The notes below the pieces were generated by a model. It ran no database searches. It was not told the origin of the DNA and saw only the letters and a list, made by a program, of their open reading frames with translations. From a virus (lineage: Duplodnaviria; Caudoviricetes): a stretch of DNA of 64,000 nt. This document shows positions 30,101 through 39,868 of this stretch, piece after piece. Both the position numbers and the translations under genes were made by a program. The first letter of the stretch is position 1. Each line of letters begins with the position of its first letter. Location: IMG/VR virus record IMGVR_UViG_3300027759_003844, positions 32,001 through 96,000 of that record, one strand, 5' to 3'.

Positions 30101-33100
30101 GAGTGGAAGTGATTTTAAGTTAATTGTTGGAGAAGCAACAACAGGAATTGATGTTGCATACGGACCCTGTAACGGTTGTGGTGTTTTCTTAGTAGAGTTA
30201 GCAAGAATTTTATCTTCACCACCGAACGGAATACCACCCTTCTTTGGTGCAACATATCCACCTTTAGCAAATTTTGGGATAAGGTTGTTGTTAAGCTTTT
30301 CTAATGCACCAAGACCCAATCTTGAAACAGCTTTTGCATTAAGGATATATTCCCCGCCATGAAGTAATGCTGGAACTCCTTCTTGAGTAGGGGCATTAAT
30401 GAACCCGCTTCCGATATAACTGCTCTCATCACTCCTGCTTGGAATTACTCCACCTTTTGCATAACCACGAAATGGTCCAGTTGGTTTTTTAACAACTGGC
30501 ACAACTGGTTTGGTATATCCAGTACCAAAAGCAAACTCTTGATAGGTTAATGGTTTTAAGCCCCGTGCAACTCGGCTTGCGTTATTATTTTCAAATGCAT
30601 CAGCCCTACCACCTGCGCCACCAGTAGTTGAAGGGGTACTACTCGTATCCGAAGGAGTCCCCCCAGCGTTTGCTGCAGCCTCTTGAGCTGCTGCTGCAGC
30701 ATCTGCCTGAACTTTAAGAGCTAACCACTTCTTGGTGGTTTCATCAAGATGACCACGCATCTCCGCAAACAAATCTGCATTTATTGCAACAGTATTTCTT
30801 AAACTATTAGTAATAGATATATTGCCATCAATAATAGCTTGCTCATAAATTGTTTTCCAATTGGTAACAAATTTCAATGATGCTTCTGCAAAAGGAGTTA
30901 AGAACTCTTCATCAACAATCCGCAAAATTTCTGTTTTAGCAACATCAAAATTACCAACCAAACCAGTAGAAACTAAACCAAACGCATCAATAACTGTTTG
31001 TTTCTTGTCCCCAAAAACTCCGCCTATATCGGCAAGCATTCCAAGAGTTGCGCCAATAATAGAATTTTCTTCTGGATTACCACCCAAGCCGTACTTTTTC
31101 TGTGCTTCTATAACAAGATCATCAAGGTTCATGCTGAAGGCACCAATAACTTTGTTCGGCATCTTGTCATTTATTGTTGTAACAAATGTTTCAAACATAT
31201 TGCCAAACTCTGTACTATTAGCTAGAGCTGCATCCGTAGTAATCGTATGCAATTTGTTAACTTGGTCTTGGTAATCCTGAATTGTTATAGGAGGGAACTT
31301 AGTGACTAAAGCCGCAGCCTCTTGGAACTTGACAAGTGATTCATCAAAGAACTTTCCAGCAGCTTCCTTAGCCTCATTGATAGCGGTCTTAAGAGCATCA
31401 AGATTTTCTTTTGCTAATTCCTCACTACGCTTTGTCTCAATAGCCTTCATGTCTTCAGTAAATGATTTCTCGTCTAGACCTTGTTCTAGTTGCAACATTC
31501 TTGCATCATCAACCCGACCTTCATAAACAGCTAATGCATAGTTTCTGCGATACTGTTCATCAGTGAGAGCCTTGTCATCAATACGCTTACGCTTCTCTGA
31601 CTCATAAGCCATTGTTTTCGTGAGAGACTCTTGCGCTTTTTCTAATTTATCAAGCGTTTCAATTTGGACTTGGAATACTTTTAGCGCAGCATCTTTTTGT
31701 TTCTTAAGAGCATTTTCTGCTTGCGTGAGATACTTATCTACAGCGTTCTTTAATTCACCAGCAACATAGTCTTGAAGTTCCTGAACGGCACCATCAATCT
31801 CTTTCTTCATTGCCCCAGCAAGATCTAACGCATCAGCAAAGCCATCGCCTGTGGATTGTGCGATTGCCTCGCCAGCCTCTTCGGCTTCAGGCTTAACATC
31901 ATCACCTAAGCCTTTAACCTTTCCTTTTGATTTTTTGACACCTTTACTAATACCCTTATCAAGACCGTTGGTGATAGCTCCCGCAATAGCGTCAACAGCA
32001 CCCATTGCAGCACCCTTGCCAGCATCTACCATGCCATACAAACCATCAATTACATTATCAATACCATTACCAACAGACTTTAAAAATCCCATTCCAGGAA
32101 GTTTTGATAGCCAACCAAAAGCTTTAGCAACAGCTTTCGGTATAAGTGTAAAATAACCAATGACTAACTTTATGCCAAAAGCAACAACTTGAATTACACC
32201 TTTAATTAATAGAGCAAAACCCTGTACAACAAATTTAACAACCTGATAGACAGCAGCTTTCAGGAAATCAAAAGCATCTCCCCAATTACCTTTAAATATA
32301 GAAACAACAAACATCACAATATTTATAATCATATATAAATAAGGCTGAATAACATTCATTACAAACTTCTGGAACATCCCAGCAACCCATTTAACAGCTG
32401 TTGCTATTCCGCCAAATGCTGCGGCAAGACCGCTTATTGCATCTCCCCCCTCTGCTCCGCCTTTCCCAAACATTGCAAAAAGATCAAGGAATGGTCTTGC
32501 AATTTCCAATAAAGCGTTTTTAAATATATCAAATGCTTCTTTTATTTTTGCAAAAGCACCAGAACCAGCTTCTCTAAATTTATCAAAGTTTTTTACAATA
32601 ACTAAAACAGCAATACCTATTGCGGCAATTACAACACCAATACCTGTTGATATCATTGCCAACTTCATTAACTTTAGTGCTAAAGTGCCAAGCTTTGTTG
32701 CGCTTGCAAACCCCTTCATAGCGCCAATTGCCATTTTAATAGGACCAACACCGCCTTGAGCCATCTGTTGAACTCTCAGTGCTCGCATAGCTGATTGAGC
32801 ACCTAAAATAGAGTTACGATATCCCTGCATAGCTTTTGCTGGAGCACCACCAATAGATCTCACTGTTTCCATTGCGCCAAGTTTTGCCGATGTCATCTTG
32901 CCAGCAATACCACCACGAGCAAGACGCATACCTTGATTCTCTGTAATTTGACGCTCTATGCCTTTACGAGTTGTTCTTATTACTTCCCCGCCCGTTCCTC
33001 TAGTGAGACCTCTTGCAGCAAATCTTGATTCTCTTAATGCTGAAGCATCTGCGACTTCGCCAAGCAGTTGTTTCCCACCTTTTGCATACCCACCAGTCAT

Positions 33101-35791
33101 ATTCATAACCCGACCAGCGGAGTTAACTTTCATTCCTTTTTTGGAAAGCATCCCAGTTTCATTGCGAACATATTGTTCTCCAGCAAATTTTTGTGCTGCA
33201 TTAAAAGGGTCCATTATTGCTTTATTTGCTTTAGATGCAACTCTTCTTGCACCTGTTGCAGCTGACATTTCGGATTTTAATTTTGAAGCATCTGCTGATG
33301 AAACAAATTTACCACTAGAATCAACCAGTCTACCCGCAGCGTTTGTTTTGTATCCTGATTTCTTATAAACATCTCTTGCTGTTGGCAGAGCAGTTCTATC
33401 GGATAAATCATGAGGGACATCTGGTACAACCATCCCAGCCATTTTAATATTTTTACCAACTCTTCCTGGCGTACCTACTGTACCAGCGGCTTGATTAGCC
33501 GCAATTCCTGCGGCATCCAAGGTATCCATTGATTTCATTCCTGCTCTAGTACCAGCCTCAAGCGCACCTGAAGCTTTATTCCTAAAACTATTATAAAACT
33601 TATCTATTTTTTGGCGAGCAGCTTCAGCAGAAGAACCAAAAGCGATCAACCCGCCTTCAGCATTTCTTATCTTAGGAAGAAAAAATGCAAAACTTCTACC
33701 TAAAACTCCAATAGAGGCTTGCATCGTACCCAGCGCAATAACGATTGGACCAAGCGCTGCAAGAAACAAGAGTACGCCACCAATAATTTTAGCAATATTA
33801 TCCTTAGTAGATTGAGCTAAGCCGTCCCAATATATTTGGAATTGCTCAATCTTTGCCGACAACCATTTTATTGCAGGACCAGCGGCTCTTAATATTTCAG
33901 CCGCAAATAATTTAAAGTTATTTTTTATTTTCTGGACAGAAACAGATAGAGAAGCTAAAGATACCTCTAATTCCTGACTCGCTATTTCACCAGCTGTTAG
34001 TGGTCCAGCCAGCTGGACCATCATTGCTTTCCCAGCCTCTGTTGTAATACCAGCAAAAGAATCTACTCCGCTCTGACGATCTGCTTTAACTTTTTTCGCA
34101 ACAGCCTCTCGTGCTTTCATTGCACCTTCAATATCTATGGTACTTAACTTACCACCAGTACCAGTACCCTTGTATCCTTCAACAGTCGTACCAACAGTGC
34201 CAGAAGCAACACGAGCAAGAATACCAATATCTTTAAAATTATTAATAGTTTCTTTCAAAGATGTATTGTTTAATTCATTATACGCACGAATAGCATCTTC
34301 TGCTGGTTTCGCAAGCTTAGATTCTGCTGAAGCTGTGTTTTTTAATTCTTTATTAAACATTGACAGTTGTTCAATTGCAATGTACATTCTTGGTCCCTGT
34401 CTTTTTTCAAACAATTGAGACATCAACTTCAAGGCACCTTCTTGCCCCGCAGCAGAATCTTTAACCCTGCTAAACACATCAACAATGGCTTCAAGTCCAA
34501 CTAAGCTAGTTTTTGTTGTATTCTTAAATGACTCAGTTGCCTCAGTATTAACTCCGTACTGCTTTGACAGTTGAGCCATGAAGTCTATGTTCTTTTTAGT
34601 TGGAAGAATTAATCTCTGCAAAGAAGTTTTAATTGAAGTTGCTGAAGCTCCAACATCTAGACCTGCAGCAGCCATAGGAGCAAGCATGGCTGCTGCTTCT
34701 GTCATAGACAAACCAAAAGCTGTTGCCATTGATCCAACTTCTGGAAGTGCTTTAGCGAGGTCTTGAAGAGTCAGCGTGGTAACATTTTCAATAGCATTAA
34801 ACATATTGAGCTGAACTTGCGCTGCCTTAATCGCCATTGTTTCTCTTTCACGAGCATCTGTAACTAACCTAAATGCACCATTGGCTTCTAAGGCTCTTTT
34901 AGCATTAAAGTAAAGAGCTTGAGATAAATCTTTTGCCTCACCAATATCCATTCCACCAAGTTTTTCAATAGTTGTTGTTAATTCGGTTAGTATTACAACA
35001 TTGTCTTGCCCCACGATTCCAAGTTCAGCAAACTCTGCTGCCAATCCAACAACAATCTCTTTTGAAACACCAAATTTAGAGCTAACTTTGGTTAGTTCTT
35101 TGTCCAGTGCCTTGAAATTAGCCAGCATTATGTTCATCTGCTCTAGTTGCTTCTCAGTTGGCAGCTTATCTCCCACCACACCAACTTTTATAGCAGCCTG
35201 TTCAGCACTCATTGCAACGCTATCAAATACTTTTGAAAGCCTAGTAGCTTCTTTGTCTACTGCCAGCAGTGATTGGAAACCTAATCTGCCAAACAGCATG
35301 ATAGGAGCTGTCAAGTTAATCATTAAGCTTCTACCAACGAACTGGAAGTCCTTACCCATCTTCTGCATTTTCAACGAAACGCTGGCAACATCTGAACCGA
35401 AAGCTCTAACTCTTGCACCACGCATAGCGGCACTCATAGCCTGGAGTTGTGCTCTAGTTGATGTTAACTCTCTACCCAGAGCAGTAGTAGGACCACCAGC
35501 AGATCTGATTGCTCCTGTATAAGCAATAATATTGGTTTTAAGTCTTCTAGACTCTTCACCAAGAGCTCTTTGATTTTCTTTTAACCCCTTTATTGTCTTG
35601 GCATGATCATTCATACCACGATTTGTTATACCTAACGCTTTATTTACAGCCCGACTTTGCGTGTCCAATTTGGACATTGGAATCGTGATTTCTCTTAAAT
35701 TGGCGGTTAGTGCTTTAACAGATGCGCTAAGATTAGCTACATCCTTAATTCCGTTAGTGTGGACATTGATTATAAGATCTACATCAGACAT
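27176..35791 (-). CDS. Tape measure protein with C-terminal cargo domains
   Basis: 2871 aa after the chaperone pair; helical core, hydrophobic segments, A(L/I)LHGGEY(I/V)xNA motifs. Confidence 0.92.
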   Translation of the reverse strand: MSDVDLIINVHTNGIKDVANLSASVKALTANLREITIPMSKLDTQSRAVNKALGITNRGMNDHAKTIKGLKENQRALGEESRRLKTNIIAYTGAIRSAGGPTTALGRELTSTRAQLQAMSAAMRGARVRAFGSDVASVSLKMQKMGKDFQFVGRSLMINLTAPIMLFGRLGFQSLLAVDKEATRLSKVFDSVAMSAEQAAIKVGVVGDKLPTEKQLEQMNIMLANFKALDKELTKVSSKFGVSKEIVVGLAAEFAELGIVGQDNVVILTELTTTIEKLGGMDIGEAKDLSQALYFNAKRALEANGAFRLVTDARERETMAIKAAQVQLNMFNAIENVTTLTLQDLAKALPEVGSMATAFGLSMTEAAAMLAPMAAAGLDVGASATSIKTSLQRLILPTKKNIDFMAQLSKQYGVNTEATESFKNTTKTSLVGLEAIVDVFSRVKDSAAGQEGALKLMSQLFEKRQGPRMYIAIEQLSMFNKELKNTASAESKLAKPAEDAIRAYNELNNTSLKETINNFKDIGILARVASGTVGTTVEGYKGTGTGGKLSTIDIEGAMKAREAVAKKVKADRQSGVDSFAGITTEAGKAMMVQLAGPLTAGEIASQELEVSLASLSVSVQKIKNNFKLFAAEILRAAGPAIKWLSAKIEQFQIYWDGLAQSTKDNIAKIIGGVLLFLAALGPIVIALGTMQASIGVLGRSFAFFLPKIRNAEGGLIAFGSSAEAARQKIDKFYNSFRNKASGALEAGTRAGMKSMDTLDAAGIAANQAAGTVGTPGRVGKNIKMAGMVVPDVPHDLSDRTALPTARDVYKKSGYKTNAAGRLVDSSGKFVSSADASKLKSEMSAATGARRVASKANKAIMDPFNAAQKFAGEQYVRNETGMLSKKGMKVNSAGRVMNMTGGYAKGGKQLLGEVADASALRESRFAARGLTRGTGGEVIRTTRKGIERQITENQGMRLARGGIAGKMTSAKLGAMETVRSIGGAPAKAMQGYRNSILGAQSAMRALRVQQMAQGGVGPIKMAIGAMKGFASATKLGTLALKLMKLAMISTGIGVVIAAIGIAVLVIVKNFDKFREAGSGAFAKIKEAFDIFKNALLEIARPFLDLFAMFGKGGAEGGDAISGLAAAFGGIATAVKWVAGMFQKFVMNVIQPYLYMIINIVMFVVSIFKGNWGDAFDFLKAAVYQVVKFVVQGFALLIKGVIQVVAFGIKLVIGYFTLIPKAVAKAFGWLSKLPGMGFLKSVGNGIDNVIDGLYGMVDAGKGAAMGAVDAIAGAITNGLDKGISKGVKKSKGKVKGLGDDVKPEAEEAGEAIAQSTGDGFADALDLAGAMKKEIDGAVQELQDYVAGELKNAVDKYLTQAENALKKQKDAALKVFQVQIETLDKLEKAQESLTKTMAYESEKRKRIDDKALTDEQYRRNYALAVYEGRVDDARMLQLEQGLDEKSFTEDMKAIETKRSEELAKENLDALKTAINEAKEAAGKFFDESLVKFQEAAALVTKFPPITIQDYQDQVNKLHTITTDAALANSTEFGNMFETFVTTINDKMPNKVIGAFSMNLDDLVIEAQKKYGLGGNPEENSIIGATLGMLADIGGVFGDKKQTVIDAFGLVSTGLVGNFDVAKTEILRIVDEEFLTPFAEASLKFVTNWKTIYEQAIIDGNISITNSLRNTVAINADLFAEMRGHLDETTKKWLALKVQADAAAAAQEAAANAGGTPSDTSSTPSTTGGAGGRADAFENNNASRVARGLKPLTYQEFAFGTGYTKPVVPVVKKPTGPFRGYAKGGVIPSRSDESSYIGSGFINAPTQEGVPALLHGGEYILNAKAVSRLGLGALEKLNNNLIPKFAKGGYVAPKKGGIPFGGEDKILANSTKKTPQPLQGPYATSIPVVASPTINLKSLPLVKNNLAGEGGVSTVRSASFGIGKGEVLLPTVVQGKILSDTNAFNAYANGGYKNHLGIYANTAAASKAAEVIHLSEASRIGQVAKAQEQRNAQRNADLKNAGLAKNFIGPIAPVVKPEKKSIFAKAGGFVVKSLFDLQQSFVKFGNSANNIAMGVVESPLALFDRRLSYNPIKNLQNRNQHDLENGINYIRGINNLTGLNLPGGKSDGFGQVANNKLMNMGDAFNIITTLLGPEINAGVSAVAKPLLRPFGIAAVEKMGLTATELTLGQIMRPGFTAAMNNALAREAAVLAEKEAFDLVYHASPIQGLKTLLPNPASAEGINAIPKVWTFDAAKTTADNAVEKLLPYADSALNAGDRVGSIYIGGARGLKPSTFAESPISWTDKPVGVLQEVVTNGKTRGQIAKELGEAIEAARGQQAIKLEGKAQPPNIFRSLGNMFSSIKNPFGDLDRISTSGTFYQKLPKAPGNGLELFRPPLTPQVISREAMRDAEQIVTESFEMYKIGAENIGFGLPRNGGGFNVPYNFKNVDLNPYDISGLSQFSKEGQAISRDWISAHIAYKKEGGAATNLIDALLYAGQRGDTNSMMQFNNYAQAGRKIIQQAKDDSTFSYPMQNLLGSVKRGGLDSLNLDDLFLVHETQFAPPLDAAGNIALRPTADYKTIFPSETPTGTMEYIRDTIHMSINHIVQGHQQRANIENAHYIVARLKDVIDANPGALDNLYTVDTWFTPKPGEGLKIPTGSFKTFTGGSSPGQKVNDAMNALSQTGKLSDQAFFRGGEHGSNTAGADELLRVFGKQLNTGFGPHFDSPFYHNAITYGKGTYNIADSYGPHQIAALSDNAISRLFSRNNMYSGVKKHTEWIGNRFKSGGYVPGAPSMEVPAILHGGEYVVNADAVRSMGVRTMQSINRSKFNVPSGSPSYSGGGSTSVSTVNINVETFVGEEEWFKSMMKSYNVNVLPKMNKAAGNESRTFTSYNGIN

Positions 35792-35836
35792 ATTTGTACC
35801 AAGGTAAATTATCCCATTTTATTGAGTAATAAGCAA

Positions 35837-36474
35837 TCATGATTCTTCAGAATAACCAAGACCAATAGCAGCGTTCATAATGTCCCAACTGCGCATAGCG
35901 TCAATCGGAGCCCGATCTTCTGGGGCATACCAGTCTTCTTCAAAGTCAACATCGGCACCTTGAGAAGCAGCCAGAGCTTTCATGTTTTTACTAAACTCAT
36001 TTGAGCAAGCACGGAACAACAAAAACAATTCATGCAAAAGTAGAGATTCCTCTAAGTGCTCTAAACTAGTCCATGCGCCAACCTGCACAAACACTTCCGA
36101 CTCATACTTCAGAAGGGGGATATCATTCCAAGTTAGAGGATCTTCATCCCCATCCCCATTTATGCGTTTGGGTTTGGGTCGTTCCCCATAGCGGCAGCCA
36201 TGACTTCACCAAATGTACGCAAGTCAAGAATATCTTCAAGTGCATCCTTGTCTGCAGCCAATGCTGGGTCTGATTTACGCAATGCAATGGAAGCAGCACT
36301 GACCATTTTATCAATGTCTTCGTCAGTCATTCCAGTTTCATTATCAGATTTCATTTCATTTGCAACCTTCATAAACTCTCTGAGGTGCTTGATTGTTAAA
36401 GCCTTTACGACTCTCGTTTTGCCATCAGAAAAAGTAATCTCAGTGCCTTTAAACAAATCAGTATTTGTTGTCAT
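35837..36474 (-). CDS. Tail assembly chaperone G (36160..36474) and GT fusion via -1 frameshift
   Basis: G ends GAC CCA AAC CCA AAC GCA TAA; the -1 frame is open (PKRINGDGDEDPLTWNDIPLLKYESEVFVQVGAW) and joins ORF 35837..36094. Confidence 0.85.
36166..36178 (-). other. Programmed -1 frameshift site: two overlapping C CCA AAC heptamers
   Basis: Plus strand gtttgggtttggg; both heptamers are in X XXY YYZ phase. Confidence 0.8.
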
Positions 36475-36510
36475 TTTATATTGCTCCTTGTTTCATAGTG
36501 GGGATATAGA

Positions 36511-36553
36511 AAACTCCCAAGTTTCAGTATATCATACCGATCCTTGGGAGTTT
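36511..36553. promoter_or_regulatory. 11-bp inverted repeat enclosing an extended -10 element
   Basis: aaactcccaag-N21-cttgggagttt; the loop reads TATGATATACT on the minus strand. Confidence 0.5.
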
Positions 36554-36582
36554 CCCTAGTACAAATAATTTATTGGTTTAAA

Positions 36583-37161
36583 TTAGATTTGGTCAATGAT
36601 TTTGCCGTACTCATAACCCGAATCGCCTGTTACTGGCAAAATACGGAATGAAGTTTCAAATACGGTAGCTTCTGCTCTTTTCATTGCAATCATAGATGTT
36701 GTCATTGAGATTGCTCTCTTTGTGTTGAACTTACGAGTCTTTGTCACTGAGGCTGTTGAGCCAGGTGCTTGACCAGTTACTTGCAATGCATACTCAAAAG
36801 GGTTCACGCTTTGTGCACCGAAATGGAATGTTGTTGTGTTAGCTGCTGTGGTGTTTGCCTTAAGGTTGGCTCCACCCATCGTAGTGTCGTAACTCCAAGC
36901 TTGTGCGAGGTTCTTTAATGTACCCTCAGCAAGAGTTGTCTTAACCATAACTTTAACCTTTGATTGAATGACTCGTGCAGCATCGCCGTACTGGTCAATT
37001 TCAATGTCAACCATGTCTGGTTCCCACGAAATTTCAAGACCACCTTGGGTTGCGCCCACATCTGTCAAGCTATCAAAATCTGCATTTGTCATCGTGATGT
37101 TGGAAAGACCAGTCTTAACTGTTGCCTCACCGACCACGATATTGGAAGTTGTTACTGCCAT
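36583..37161 (-). CDS. Major tail (tube) protein
   Basis: NIVVG, DVGATQGG, TTLAE.TL.NL; upstream of chaperone and TMP. Confidence 0.85.
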   Translation of the reverse strand: MAVTTSNIVVGEATVKTGLSNITMTNADFDSLTDVGATQGGLEISWEPDMVDIEIDQYGDAARVIQSKVKVMVKTTLAEGTLKNLAQAWSYDTTMGGANLKANTTAANTTTFHFGAQSVNPFEYALQVTGQAPGSTASVTKTRKFNTKRAISMTTSMIAMKRAEATVFETSFRILPVTGDSGYEYGKIIDQI

Positions 37162-37176
37162 TTTATTTTCCTCCTG

Positions 37177-37371
37177 TTATTCAAGGATAAAAATTTTTTT
37201 ACCCTTGCGATCCCGCCATTTAGAAATCTTAATGGCGTTATCTAATTTTATTTCATTAGAGCGGCGACCTATTCCTACGCCTTTTTGCCACTCAAAATCA
37301 TAAAGATCTTTTCCTAATTTTACGGCATACCCTGGGGTTTTGCCGATGTATGTAATTACAGTATACTTCAT
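37177..37371 (-). CDS. Hypothetical 64-aa basic protein
   Basis: ORF track; fills the gap. Confidence 0.6.
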   Translation of the reverse strand: MKYTVITYIGKTPGYAVKLGKDLYDFEWQKGVGIGRRSNEIKLDNAIKISKWRDRKGKKIFILE

Positions 37372-37396
37372 ATCCTTTTATGATACCACAAATTCT

Positions 37397-37807
37397 CTAC
37401 AGACTGACCGAGAACACAGAAAAATCAAGATCCATCTGGTACCAGCCTTCTTTTTCAAGAGGTTCTGAGAGCCCAGTTCCAACTAATTGTGATGAAACTA
37501 CTCTTACATTTGCGCTTGGAACAGTTCCCTGTATCTGATCACCCCGACCAAGTAAATAAATCATTCTTTCCGAAATTTGAAACAACCGATCCACATTACT
37601 ATCGTAGACAGAGTAGCGAATTGCGTCATAACGATTCCAATAAGACTCCACTGATGGGATTGAGGGGTTGTAATAATAGATTGCAAATGGTGGGGTTTCA
37701 GTGCCATAACCAAGAACTGGGAAGAAGTTCATTACTTTCCCAGCAATACTCGTCAGTGTTGCATCGGCTTTTAAAAATGTGTTTATATCATAGACGCTAA
37801 TTGGCAT
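37397..37807 (-). CDS. Tail terminator-like protein
   Basis: LKADATL...PPFAIY pattern and position. Confidence 0.65.
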   Translation of the reverse strand: MPISVYDINTFLKADATLTSIAGKVMNFFPVLGYGTETPPFAIYYYNPSIPSVESYWNRYDAIRYSVYDSNVDRLFQISERMIYLLGRGDQIQGTVPSANVRVVSSQLVGTGLSEPLEKEGWYQMDLDFSVFSVSL

Positions 37808-37809
37808 AG

Positions 37810-38328
37810 TTAAGCTCCTCTTACTCCGCCTCTTACGCCAAAACCTTGCTTTGTAAGAGCAGCAGAAATCTGCTTCAAGATTACAGCCTTTGCAACTTCC
37901 TTAAGTTGCTGTTTCTTGGATTTGATAGCGACAAGTCTAGCTTCATAAAAGAAAATACGACTTCCACCTGACCAGCCTGGTCTTGTTGCCATAACACCAC
38001 CATCTCTAGCATAAATTTTTGCTTTGCCTTTTCTACCCGTCAACAAGATAGATGCACCAATTTGAGTATTACGCCCATAGTCACCAGTCTCTGCTTGCGC
38101 TGGTGGTTTGATTTTTAGTCTCATTCCAGTTGGACCATATGGTATTACATCGTATTCTAAATATTTAGCTGCAGCACCAACCGTTTTAAACGCATCTTTG
38201 AGTTTTCCCTTTGAAGATTCAAGCGCTTCTCTTTGAGCAGCCTGTACTCTAATCGGAAACATAGAATAATAAAGAGCAGCCATCTCTAATTGTATTGAAG
38301 CATTCTTACTTATTTGAACACTAAGCAT
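37810..38328 (-). CDS. Neck/tail-completion protein (HK97 gp10-like position)
   Basis: Basic protein; synteny only; start at MLSVQ. Confidence 0.5.
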   Translation of the reverse strand: MLSVQISKNASIQLEMAALYYSMFPIRVQAAQREALESSKGKLKDAFKTVGAAAKYLEYDVIPYGPTGMRLKIKPPAQAETGDYGRNTQIGASILLTGRKGKAKIYARDGGVMATRPGWSGGSRIFFYEARLVAIKSKKQQLKEVAKAVILKQISAALTKQGFGVRGGVRGA

Positions 38329-38695
38329 TTTCAACCACCTTTCTACAGGTAAGAAGAACATGTCTCACTTTCCCATTCAAACCAGTTTGTTTATGAATGT
38401 TAATAATTTCAACAGGACCAGCCTCAATCACATTGCCGTAGCGGTCAACTATGTTTTGAATACGATTACTATAAGATGCGTACTGTAAATCCTTATATGA
38501 TATATAGAATTCAACTTCATCAATGTTATCAACATAAGGGAATGTTCTTCTATCAGAAGAAATAGCTTGATACTTTGCTTGAATTGTTCCTGACTTTGAA
38601 TAAGTCACAGCTCTTTGCCCTGCTGCATTTGTAGTAGTTGTTTTAACATAAACATCTATTTCATGCGGAAGTTTTAAATACACTCCATTAGACAT
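38321..38695 (-). CDS. Head closure (stopper) protein
   Basis: TTNAAGQ...HVLLTC pattern, size and synteny. Confidence 0.65.
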   Translation of the reverse strand: MSNGVYLKLPHEIDVYVKTTTTNAAGQRAVTYSKSGTIQAKYQAISSDRRTFPYVDNIDEVEFYISYKDLQYASYSNRIQNIVDRYGNVIEAGPVEIINIHKQTGLNGKVRHVLLTCRKVVENA

Positions 38696-39621
38696 CAGAC
38701 AACATAATCCATAATAAACAATGTGTAATCCATCAACAAAACATCTGCATCAATATTCCCAGTTGATTCATAAAAGTTTGTATTGGTTTGATATTCAATA
38801 GTGTCCATATCTACTCTATGGATGCCATGCCTTCTAAACTCAGAATCATCATTCATCATGTCTTCAAGTAGCAAGTCCGCTGCCTGCTCAATATTATTAG
38901 GAACAAATTGCCAACCAAAACTGCCTTCAATTTTATAGGAGTCAGCAGCGTTAAATTTGTTTGTTGTAATGATCGTTTGAACACTATCCAAAGTTGATCG
39001 CTTAAACTGAATATAGTATGTACTTCCAAAACTGTGCGGTTCCTTTGCTTTCTCTATGGCGGTATAAGATGCATCTGACGAGTCGTACAGAATTGCTGCA
39101 TCGCTCATCCCTGCATTTAAAGTAACTTTAGTTAAATCCACAATTGGGTAAGGCAAATGTAAAGTTTTCTTATTTGTCCCAGGAAGTTCAATATACTTTG
39201 ATGGATAATAGTCAAATTGCTGACCACAGAATGTGTTAATGATATTTCTTACTTTCTTTTCCATTTTATCAAACTTGTCGTACCAGTCATCTTCCAGTTC
39301 TGGATGGTCCTCAAAGAAGTCATCAGCCGTGATATAAGGGGTGTAGACATTTATATATTGCGATTTTGTATAGGAAGTGCCAGATACAGTATATGTAAAA
39401 TCAGCACGATGCCTGCCTGCTGAATTTAGAACATAATGACCAGATGCCAACTGCCCATAAGTGATTGTATAAACACCCGCCGAGGTCCTAGTTGCTGCCG
39501 TTGGTCCACTTACAAGCGAACCAAACTCATGATACAACTTTACAGAGACCGCATTTGAAGTTGGGTCAGAAGGAAGCGTTAAAGTAAGCGTCTTGCTTGT
39601 ATCTAATTTTACATCATCCAT
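38695..39621 (-). CDS. Head-to-tail adaptor with N-terminal Ig-like domain
   Basis: INTFCGQQF, GWQFVPNNIEQAA, TGNIDADVLLMDY. Confidence 0.7.
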   Translation of the reverse strand: MDDVKLDTSKTLTLTLPSDPTSNAVSVKLYHEFGSLVSGPTAATRTSAGVYTITYGQLASGHYVLNSAGRHRADFTYTVSGTSYTKSQYINVYTPYITADDFFEDHPELEDDWYDKFDKMEKKVRNIINTFCGQQFDYYPSKYIELPGTNKKTLHLPYPIVDLTKVTLNAGMSDAAILYDSSDASYTAIEKAKEPHSFGSTYYIQFKRSTLDSVQTIITTNKFNAADSYKIEGSFGWQFVPNNIEQAADLLLEDMMNDDSEFRRHGIHRVDMDTIEYQTNTNFYESTGNIDADVLLMDYTLFIMDYVV

Positions 39622-39656
39622 AATACTCAATTATATCAGAGAAGGTATTCTAAGCC

Positions 39657-39818
39657 TTAGAATGTCTGCATGGCTACAGATACTTGAATATCAGCAATTT
39701 GGTTTTTAAAATCGGTTGAATTCAACACCCATTTTTCCCCATCCCATGTCCATGTTTTTGTATTAGAAGAATATTGCTGATTTAAAGTCGGGGAGGATGG
39801 AAAATCAATAGCAGCCAT
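39657..39818 (-). CDS. 53-aa fibre-associated mini-protein
   Basis: Below ORF-track cutoff; MAAIDFPSSPTLNQQYSSNTKTWTWDGEKW, a motif common at phage fibre N-termini. Confidence 0.65.
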   Translation of the reverse strand: MAAIDFPSSPTLNQQYSSNTKTWTWDGEKWVLNSTDFKNQIADIQVSVAMQTF

Positions 39819-39868
39819 GATTAATATCTATTATAGATTATAATGAACTTTTTTACGAATTTTCATGC

